A stretch of DNA of 8,004 nucleotides from Octopus sinensis (GCF_006345805.1 NW_021828576.1:1-8004), one strand, 5' to 3'. Positions 1 to 7,664 are shown, counted from the stretch's first letter. Numbers and translations: made by a program. The notes: generated from the sequence alone by a model not told the origin.

Positions 1-746
1 CTATTCAACACCAAGGGCCTAGTGCTCCGAGAAACTGGATTATTATAATATTTTATAATATATTATAATATTTTTACAAAATAAATATAAGAGAGTGGTC
101 ACTTATGGCTCACTCTAGCACCAGTTAATCCAAAGGTTCAACCACAAAAAATACATGTTCCCATGAAAGTCAGTACGATTGTTAGCTCACACGGACAGGG
201 CAAATAAAAAATAACAAAAATACAGATTATTTTGGGACAATTTTTTCGCTATTAATGAATTAAATGTAATTTTACTTACAAAAAAATCCACTTGTAGCTC
301 GTCAGCCAAAACTATCTGGATGAAATCCACTCAATCACACGCCAGATTTTACCATAACGATAAATACGCGTGTGGTTCAATTGATTACATCCGACGTTAT
401 AATTCAAATGCCCCAACTAACAGCGCGCCAAACTTTCACGGAATACAAATACTGATTTAGAAATAAATGCAGCATAATTATAATTAATTAATAAGGGTGA
501 GAGATTAGATACTAATTTAATAGTATATCTATTCAACACCAAGTGGCCTAGTGCTCCGAGAAACCTGGATTATTATAATATTTTATAATATATTATAATA
601 TTTTTACAAAATAATATAAGAGTGGTCACTATATGGCTCACTCTAGCACCAGTTAATCCAAAAGGTTTCAACCACAAAAATACATGTTTCCCATGAAAGT
701 CAGTACGATTGTTAGCTCACACGGACAGGGCAAATAAAAAATAACA

Positions 747-752
<6 letters not shown>
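1..752. repeat. Tandem repeat with ~528-bp period: one full unit (1-528) plus a partial second unit (529-752)
   Basis: 1-222 (ctattcaacacc...ataacaaaaata) recurs at 529-752 with 9 small indels and no substitutions. The offset is 528 at the start and 530 at the end. The upstream extent lies outside the window. Confidence 0.93.

Positions 753-780
<28 letters not shown>
751..780. repeat. (TA)15 microsatellite
   Basis: Perfect TA array that starts where the second 528-bp unit stops matching the first. Confidence 0.98.
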
Positions 781-784
<4 letters not shown>

Positions 785-827
785 ATGCATGTATATACAA
801 AGAGAGAGAGGAAGATAGATAAGTTTC

Positions 828-833
828 TTTATT
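828..833 (-). terminator. Polyadenylation-signal hexamer AATAAA at the retroelement 3' end
   Basis: Plus-strand TTTATT at 828-833. The minus strand reads ...GGCTAATAAAGAAACTTATCTATCT, so the hexamer sits just before the repeat junction. Confidence 0.6.
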
Positions 834-892
834 AGCCAAACAGGGCTGCACACAGATGGGACAGGTTACAAGGTAGAGCTTTTCTTTTGGGG

Positions 893-1101
893 GAGAAAAA
901 ACAAAACAAAAAAAAAAAGGCTGGCGTAGGTTTTCGATCAAAAGGGATCGTAAAAGGGAAGAAAAGAACAAAAAAAAGAAAAAAAAGATAAAAAAGGAAA
1001 ATTAAAAAAATGAAAGAAAAAAAGAAAAAAAAAAAAAAAAGGGAAAAAAAGAAAAGAAAAATGAAAAAAGAAGAAAAAGGAGGAAAAAGGGGGAGAGGAA
1101 A
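893..1101. repeat. A/G-rich low-complexity tract (U/C-rich in the element transcript) inside the LINE 3' UTR
   Basis: Runs of A broken mostly by G. Source of the spurious poly-F ORF 832..1113. Confidence 0.85.
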
Positions 1102-1284
1102 AATAACGATCAATAGGGATCGTGTATCACAGTGTCATGATGTATGGTGTAAAGGGAAAAGCAAGTAAGGTTTATCCGTGGGAAGAAAAGCGAACGAAAA
1201 AGACCACGGTAACCTTGGTCAATATTGTTATATGTTACCACATTTGTTTGCAAGTGGGTAACCCTCTGTTTTCAATTTCTGGGT

Positions 1285-1899
1285 TCATAGGATTATGCTC
1301 AAGGTGGCTTCGTCATTCATACGTGCCATCCTTGCTACATTCACCCATCTTTTTTTAAAACGTTCGCTAGACAAAACTTGCCTCTCTACTCTCACTTTAC
1401 TTTTCAAGTGGTACTTGAAGAAGTTGATGAGAGGTTGACCAGAGAGGAAAGTGTTTGTCTCCAATCCTTTCAGACGCGTCCACCATATACATTCTTTCGC
1501 CATAGCCACAAGGATGATGAAAATAGCTCTTCCTTCCCGTTTGAAGGAAGGAGGCGTGACAATATTGACGATAAACTCAGCTGATAAACCGACTCGTCCC
1601 ACACGTGACAGCAGTTGTTCGACATAAGCCCACAGGTCGGAAATTGTTGGACACTGCATGAGTGCGTGCAGAACGGTTTCGTCGCTCTGACCGCATCTCG
1701 GGCAGGTCGGCCCCGTGTTTCTCGAGCCGTGTCTGTAGAGCATATCCCGAACGGGTAGCGCTTCTCGGTAGCACTGCCAGGCCAGGGATCTCTGGAAGTT
1801 GTCCATGGGCCCTGGCCCGAAAGTCGTCCCGAACAGGTGGGTCAGGTATTCCTCGTCGACGTCCAGGTTCGCCTCGAGCTCGTCGTCGTACCTCCCCTC
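1285..1899 (-). pseudogene. C-terminal ~204 aa of LINE ORF2 (zf-RVT / CCHC zinc-knuckle region); RT and endonuclease domains absent
   Basis: Stop-free frame EGRYDD...SLAWQCYREALPVRDMLYRHG...CPRCGQSDETVLHALMQCP...W...IWWTR...SIIL*. The LPVR..L, C-X2-C-X8-H-X4-C (codons 1704-1651) and downstream IW..R motifs are typical of the region after RT in L1/Tx1 ORF2. The first 38 aa of track ORF 1285..2013 come from flank and microsatellite. Confidence 0.85.

Positions 1900-1900
<1 letters not shown>

Positions 1901-1996
<96 letters not shown>
1901..1996. repeat. (GATA)21(GACA)3 microsatellite
   Basis: Perfect GATA array 1901-1984 followed by three GACA units 1985-1996. Confidence 0.98.
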
Positions 1997-1998
<2 letters not shown>

Positions 1999-2002
1999 TG
2001 TA

Positions 2003-2147
2003 GGTGCAGACATAGCTTTATGTTAGAAGCTTGCTTCCCAGCCACATGATTCCGGGTTCAACCCCACTGCATGGCACCTTGGGCAAGTGTCTTCTACTAT
2101 AGCCTTGTGAGTGGATTTGGTAGAAGGAAACTGAGAAGCCCGTTGTA

Positions 2148-2219
<72 letters not shown>

Positions 2220-2475
2220 CATGTTTGTATGTGTGTGCGTGTGTGTATGTATGTGTTATTATGTTTGGGTGTGTATGTATGCGTCTTTGTGTCTGTGTTT
2301 GTCCCCTCATCACAGCTTGACAACCGGTGTTGTTGTGACTTAGCAGTTCAGCATAACAGACCGATAAACCAAGTAGTAGGCTCCGAAAAAAAAAAAAGGC
2401 CTTAAAACTCTTCAAAGCGGTGCTCCAGTATGGCCGCAGCTATAACTGAAACAATTAAAAGAATAAGAGAATAAA
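2003..2475 (+). mobile_element. tRNA-derived SINE, copy 1 (octopus-type, CORE-like central motif, internal microsatellite)
   Basis: B-box GGTTCAACCCC at 2055-2065. A 27-nt block ggcaccttgggcaagtgtcttctacta (2073-2099) is identical to 2764-2790. Internal (AT)n/(GT)n, then a 3' part ggtgctccagtatggccgcag shared with copy 2, and an AAAAGAATAA-type tail. The start is approximate. Confidence 0.88.
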
Positions 2476-2485
2476 TAGATGTATA

Positions 2486-2687
2486 TTCTTTTACTCCCTT
2501 TTTCATTATTTGACTGCGGCCATGCTAGAGCACCGTCTTTGTTCGAAGAAATCGACCCCAGGACTCATTCTTTGTAAGCCTAGTACTTATTCTATCGGTC
2601 AGCATCTGTTGTCAAGCTATGGCGGTGAGCGGTGCGGCAAACACAGGCACATACACAAATATCCATACATACACACATATATATATA
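2486..2687 (-). mobile_element. SINE copy 3, 3' half (antisense)
   Basis: Reverse complement reads ...agcttgacaacagatgctgaccgatagaataagtactaggcttacaaagaatgagtcctggggtcgatttcttcgaac...ggtgctctagcatggccgcagtcaaat, which matches the 3' parts of copies 1 and 2. Confidence 0.88.
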
Positions 2688-2692
2688 GTATA

Positions 2693-3113
2693 GGCGCAGG
2701 AGTGGCTGTGTGGTAAGTAGCTTGCTTACCAACTACATGGTTTCGGGTTCGTTCTCACTGCGTGGCACCTTGGGCAAGTGTCTTCTACTACATCCTTGGG
2801 CTGACCAAAGACTTGTGAGTGGAATTTAGTAGACGGAAACTGAAAGAAGCCCGTCGTATATATGCCTATATATATATGTGTGTGTGTGTGACTGTATGTG
2901 TGTGTGTGTATGTGTGTGTGTGTGTGTGTGTTTGTGCGCGTATATGTTTGTGCGTCTGAGTTTGTCCCTGTAACTTAGCGTTTCGGCAAAAGAAACCGAT
3001 AGAATAAGAACTAGGCTTACAAAGAATATATTCTGGGGTCGATTTTCCTCGACGAAAGGCAGTGCTCCAGTATGGCCGCAGTCAAATGACTGAAACAAGT
3101 AAAAGATAAAAGA
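2693..3113 (+). mobile_element. SINE copy 2, head to tail, nested inside copy 3
   Basis: Starts ggcgcaggagtggctgtgtggtaag, contains A/B boxes, the CORE-like ccttgggcaag motif and an internal (AT)/(GT) tract, and ends gcagtcaaatgactgaaacaagtaaaagataaaaga. Confidence 0.92.
2703..2756 (+). promoter_or_regulatory. Internal RNA polymerase III promoter (A-box-like and B-box-like) of SINE copy 2
   Basis: TGGCTGTGTGG (2703-2713) resembles TRGCNNARYGG and GGTTCGTTCTC (2746-2756) resembles GGTTCRANNCC, at tRNA-like spacing. Both are imperfect. Confidence 0.65.
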
Positions 3114-3317
3114 CATATATATATATACACACACACACACACACGACAGGCTTCTTTCAGTTTCCGTCTGTCCAATCCACTCACAAAGCTTTGTTCGGCT
3201 TCATTAGAAAACATTTGCCCATTGTGTGTATGCGTCTTTGTGCCGCGTACAGTGGGACTGAACGCGGAACCATGGGTTGGGAAGCAAGCTTCTTAGCACA
3301 CAGCCACGACTACGCAC
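3114..3317 (-). mobile_element. SINE copy 3, 5' half (antisense)
   Basis: Reverse complement reads gtggctgtgtgctaagaagcttgcttcccaacccatggttccgcgttcagtcccactg...gggcaaatgttttc...tttgtgagtggattggacagacggaaactgaaagaagcctgtcg(tg)n, colinear with the heads of copies 1 and 2. Confidence 0.88.
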
Positions 3318-3340
3318 ATACACTCACACATAGACAGACA

Positions 3341-3373
<33 letters not shown>

Positions 3374-3560
3374 CACACACATATATATATATACGATTTT
3401 TGTATATAAATATACATATATATATACGTGTATATGTATAAACATATATATATGTGTGTGTGTGCATATGTGTGTGTGTGTGTGTGTGTAGATATATGAA
3501 TACTGATTTTATGCATATATATAGTATATAAGTGTTTGTGCATATGTGTGTTGCTGTATG
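3318..3560. repeat. Compound dinucleotide microsatellite (CA)n/(TA)n/(TG)n
   Basis: Direct inspection; near-perfect CA run at about 3342-3372 and TG run at about 3470-3488. Confidence 0.93.
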
Positions 3561-3895
3561 CAATGTGCAGTGTGCATGTTTTATTTGTATACAGAAGAAG
3601 AGATGTGCAACTAAATAAATTTACATGACAAAACATATTTACAGAAGGATTACGCAACCGTTTCTTGTAAGACAGTTGTTAATAATTAGCTTACAATTAA
3701 ATTAGCTTCGTTAATTAACGCCGAGGTACTCTATTTTTCTTTGTTTCTCTTTGTCATACCCTTCGAGTATTAATTTAATATCCCTAATTTAACAGCTCAA
3801 AAATAGCACATCCCTTAACTTACTCCAAGTCATTATCACGTCGTTCGTTCTTTCAAATAAACAACATTTCCTAGAAGCTCGCATTTTATGCTGTT

Positions 3896-3952
<57 letters not shown>

Positions 3953-4112
3953 TGATGACGACGTCGTCGAGGGCGAGGACTACTACTACTACTACGACGA
4001 CGACGATGATAATGATGATGATGTCATCGATGACGAAGACAACGATGACGGCGATGACGACGACGACAATGACGATGATGACGATGACGTTGATGATGAT
4101 GACGATGATGAT

Positions 4113-4196
4113 GTTGATGACTCTGATGATGATGTCGATGACTCTGATGATGAGGTTCATGACTCTGATGATGATGTTGATGACTCATGATGATGA
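4113..4196 (+). repeat. 21-bp minisatellite, 4 copies (GTTGATGACTCTGATGATGAT)
   Basis: Units start at 4113, 4134, 4155 and 4176; each has the diagnostic GACTC, and the last has a 1-nt insertion. Confidence 0.85.
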
Positions 4197-4204
4197 TGAT
4201 GATA

Positions 4205-4252
<48 letters not shown>

Positions 4253-4346
4253 GTGATGACGATGTTGATGAAGCTGATGATGATGATGAAGAGGAGGGGG
4301 AGGAAGCAGAACAGGAGGAAGCGGAGCAGGAGGAAGAGGGAGAGTA

Positions 4347-4571
4347 GTAGCAGAAGGATGGTGTTGATGCAGATAACGATGATGATCTCGATGGCGTTGA
4401 TGATAACACTGATGATGATGATGATGATGATGATGATAATCATGATGATGAGGAGGAGGAGGAGGAGGAAGCGGAGGAGGGGAAGGAGCTGAGCAGGAGG
4501 ATGAGGGGGGGTAGCAGGAGGATGGTGCTGATGAGGATTACGATGACGATCTCGATGACGTTGATGATAAC
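4347..4571 (+). repeat. Diverged ~164-bp-period duplication within the trinucleotide field
   Basis: 4347-4407 and 4511-4571 align without gaps with 7 mismatches in 61 nt. Each is preceded by a GAG-rich block and followed by (GAT)n. Confidence 0.85.
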
Positions 4572-4740
4572 TGATGATTATGATGATGATGATGATGATG
4601 ATGATAATGTTGATGACGATGACGATGATGGTGATGATGACGATGATGACGAGAGAATGACGACGATAACGATAATCTTGCTGACAACGTGGATGTCGAT
4701 ACAAATAAAAGGAAAGATGTGAAGGAATGAGAATCTTAGC

Positions 4741-4767
4741 AACAACAACAACAACAACAACAACAAC
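4741..4767. repeat. (AAC)9 microsatellite
   Basis: Perfect array. Confidence 0.97.
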
Positions 4768-5095
4768 AGCTATAACATTTTCTCCTGAATCACTAATATC
4801 TTTGTTCTCTGTAAATACGTCTCAAGAAGTTTCCCTCATTTGAAATGATAATTTCTTGCATATTTGGCAGTAAATATTATCTTGAGGCTGTAAAATATCT
4901 ATTGAAATCGTCTATTGTGGTCGTACTTGGATGTGCAGTCAAGATGTTTGGTTCTATTTTGGTTAATAAGATTCAAAACAGTGACAAGGGCATTTAGCTA
5001 AACGATAAACACGAAGAAATATCTTATGTTTAGGGGTCAAGCCGAGATCGTACATCCAATCACTGCAACGAGTGGGACTTGGATAAGAATAATTA

Positions 5096-5155
5096 AGGAG
5101 AGGGAGGGAGGGGAGGGAGGGAGAGGGTGGAAAAGCGTGAGAAAGTGTGAGAGAG

Positions 5156-5202
<47 letters not shown>

Positions 5203-5357
5203 AGAAAAGGGAGACAGAAAGAGAAAAGGTAAGAAAGACAGAAGGAAAGGAAAAAGAAAGAAGAAAAAGAGCAAGAAAGAAAGAAAGAAAAGAAGAAAGA
5301 AACGAACAAACATAGAAAGAAAGGAAGAAAGAGACAAAGAAACAAAGAAACAAAGAA

Positions 5358-5394
<37 letters not shown>

Positions 5395-5862
5395 AAGAAA
5401 GAAAGCAAAGAAAGCAAAAGCGAGAGAGAGAAAGAAAGGAAGAAAGAAAGAGAGAAAGAAAAAAGAAGGAAAGAAAGAAAGAAGGAAAGAAACAAGGAAA
5501 GAAAGAAAGAAGGAAAGAAAGAAAATATAAAAATAGAGAAAAAGAGAGTAAGAAAAGAAGGAAATATAGAAATATGAGAAAGAAAGAAACAAAGAAAGAA
5601 AGAAACAAAGAAGAAAGAAACAAAGAAGAAAGAAAAAGAAGAAAGAAAGGAAGAAAGAAAGAGAGAAAAAGAAAACAGAAAGGAAGAAAGAAAAGAAAGA
5701 AAGATAGACAGAAAAAAGAGAAAGAGAGAGAAAAAGATGGAAAGGAAGAAATAAAGAAAAGATAGCGAAAGAAATGTTGGAAGATGAGAAAGAAAAGAAG
5801 AAAAAGTAGGTAAGAAAGAGCGGACAGGATAAAATGAGATGTGAAAGGAAAGGAAAGAATGA
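5096..5862. repeat. ~770-bp polypurine tract: (AGGG)n, (AAAG)n, (AG)n and degenerate derivatives
   Basis: Plus strand is almost all A/G. Pure (AAAG)n at about 5157-5200 and (AG)n at about 5362-5388. Source of the F/L/S- and K/R/E-rich ORFs. Confidence 0.95.
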
Positions 5863-6310
5863 TTGTGGGAGAGAATAGAGGGTGTTGTGTAGATGTGACG
5901 CATGCATTGTATGGTGTACCTATTTTAGAAGAAAAGAACGCTGGTCAGTCTAGCGTGGTTCACTACCAAATCGTAGTCTTGCTTGAATGGTCGTCAATGT
6001 GTAAATTGTAGTTATTAACAAAAGCGGAATGATTGAGGAAACTCGTTCAAAAGAAGAAGCCATGTGAAATAAAAACGACGAATTTACCATCGTGGAATGG
6101 AAGCTTTGTAGAATCGATAGCGTTTTATAAAGTGGGTTAGCTCGGTTTTAGATAAGAAATATAGATGTCGCACAGGCTACATGGATAATCCACTGTAAAT
6201 ATATTGAATGGATTCTTTTGTGCAATTGAAGGAAACTTCAATGTGTTTTGTGGACAATTGGACGGTGGGTGGGAAAGGAGGGGAAACGGTAGGGAAACTG
6301 GAGTTTGTTT

Positions 6311-6345
6311 TGTGTTGTTATCGTTGTTGTTATTGTTGTTATTGC
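6311..6345. repeat. Short degenerate (TTG/TTA)n repeat
   Basis: tgttgttatcgttgttgttattgttgttattgctg. Confidence 0.75.
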
Positions 6346-7439
6346 TGTTTTTCTTTCTCTTAATGATGGCGAGAATGGTGTTGAATATGGCCGTCACAAG
6401 GTGGTTTAAAAGCAGAACAGACAATGCTATTTAAATTTACTCTGTCTCTATCATTACCTTTAAAATCGAATTAAATTTTCCGGTTTTCTCAAGCATATAC
6501 GATTGATTACTGGACAAATTAAAAAAAAAAATTCTTTTTTTTTCCCTTGAATAAGCTGAATAAAATAAGAAAGACATTTTGGTATGATAGTTATTGAAGA
6601 GAAATAGAAGAAAGCTATAAAAGCTATCAATGGTCAAATTGATAGCATAGGTTTGAGATAAAAGAGATTTCTTTCATTGAACCGTTGATCTCGACCTTCA
6701 TCATTCCATCACCCCACATCACCTACGCTTAATCCAACTCCTACAACCCACCTACCGCTCGACGAAATTAATTCTGTGTTTCATAACTAAGTGAAGAACC
6801 TGAAAGCGCAGTCCTTATCACGGTTTGCTACTTAATTATGATATCTTTTCTAGATAAATCCTCAGTACCTTTTACACTCACACTTGCTTTCATCGCTATC
6901 TTACTTTCTCTTTCAAAAGTAACCAACCGTTTCTATTCATTTCCAGACTCACAGAAGCATTTGGCGTATTTTTGGAAATCAAGGAAACTCATTCACTGAT
7001 TACTCGATGCTATCTAGATAAGCTGGCTCTGTTAGACCGTATAATATGCATCTATAGAAGTGGAAACTGAAAGAATGCTCGGCCAGAATAAGCTGAAGCG
7101 GTTCCTTTGACTGTCCCCTTTCTCTTCACCTTCCTCCACCTTGAAAAACCTTTTCTCCCCTTTCTTTCTTTTGCTCTTTCTAGCTTTCAGCTAACTATCT
7201 GTGACTGCTTTGTTGTGATATCTGATTACATATGTCATTGATAAATTAAAAGCTTGCGTTACTTATTATTATTGTTGAGACCAGTAAATCGCTCTTAGAC
7301 ATCCACATTCGGTTTATTGTGTCATTATGGAATCGGCGACTAAGAAAGACAGCATTTACTTCTTGTAATATCCCCAATCACCCCCCCACACACACACACC
7401 GATTCCCCTTCCCATCTTTCACCATCACCACCCCCACTA

Positions 7440-7664
7440 TCTTTCATCATATCACTACAATTATTATTGTTATAATCATCATCATCCTCATCATTATTAT
7501 TCTTGTCCTTGTTCTTGTTGCTGTTGTTCTTTTTCTCCACCACGTCCTCCTCCTCATTATTGCTATTATTATTATATTATTATTATTATTATATTATTAT
7601 CATTATTATTATTATTATTATTATCATCATCATCATCAATATTAATATTATTACTATCAATATC

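Larger units (their letters stand above)
822..1899 (-). mobile_element. 5'-truncated non-LTR retrotransposon, L1 group, probably Tx1 clade
   Basis: Minus strand carries an ORF2-like C-terminus with C-X2-C-X8-H-X4-C, a stop at 1285-1287, a ~460-nt 3' UTR and AATAAA about 6 nt from the 3' end. The 5' end stops mid-ORF at a (TATC)n array, as expected for a TPRT-truncated copy. The Tx1 assignment is from motif recognition, not phylogeny. Confidence 0.85.
3896..4680. repeat. Compound, partly degenerate trinucleotide repeat: (ATG)19, then GAT/GAC/TAC/GAG variants
   Basis: Perfect (ATG)19 at 3896-3952 and further pure GAT runs near 4205-4250. Produces the poly-M/D/I/S/H ORFs in the track. Confidence 0.95.

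Noticed and set aside
183-383. A-box-like TAGCTCACACGG (183-194) and GGTTCAA motifs in the 528-bp unit, suggesting a tRNA or SINE
   Set aside because: The B-box-like motifs are either upstream or about 180 nt away, and no cloverleaf can be drawn.
1-752. Direct repeats as a CRISPR array or LTR pair
   Set aside because: Two long adjacent units with no repeat-spacer structure, no cas genes, no TG...CA ends, PBS or internal retroviral ORFs, in a eukaryotic context.
3709-3720. 12-bp palindrome CGTTAATTAACG with nearby TAATTA motifs
   Set aside because: Expected by chance in AT-rich DNA; no supporting context.
4963-5070. Possible minus-strand exon after a pyrimidine tract (...TTGCAG|TGATTGG; DWMYDLGLTPKHKIF...)
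   Set aside because: Short, no recognisable protein similarity, and the pyrimidine tract is just the complement of the purine repeat.
6225-6242. Hairpin ATTGAAG-GAAA-CTTCAAT with a GNRA loop
   Set aside because: The 7-bp stem does not extend and is within chance expectation for 8 kb.
6623-6646. Inverted repeat GCTATCAAT-N6-ATTGATAGC
   Set aside because: A single 9-bp stem with no TIR/TSD or ncRNA context; plausible by chance.
6900-7200. Splice-acceptor-like sites (TTCCAG at 6941-6946; CTTTCAG near 7190) with a ~40-codon open frame
   Set aside because: No convincing donor site or recognisable peptide; cannot be supported without RNA data.
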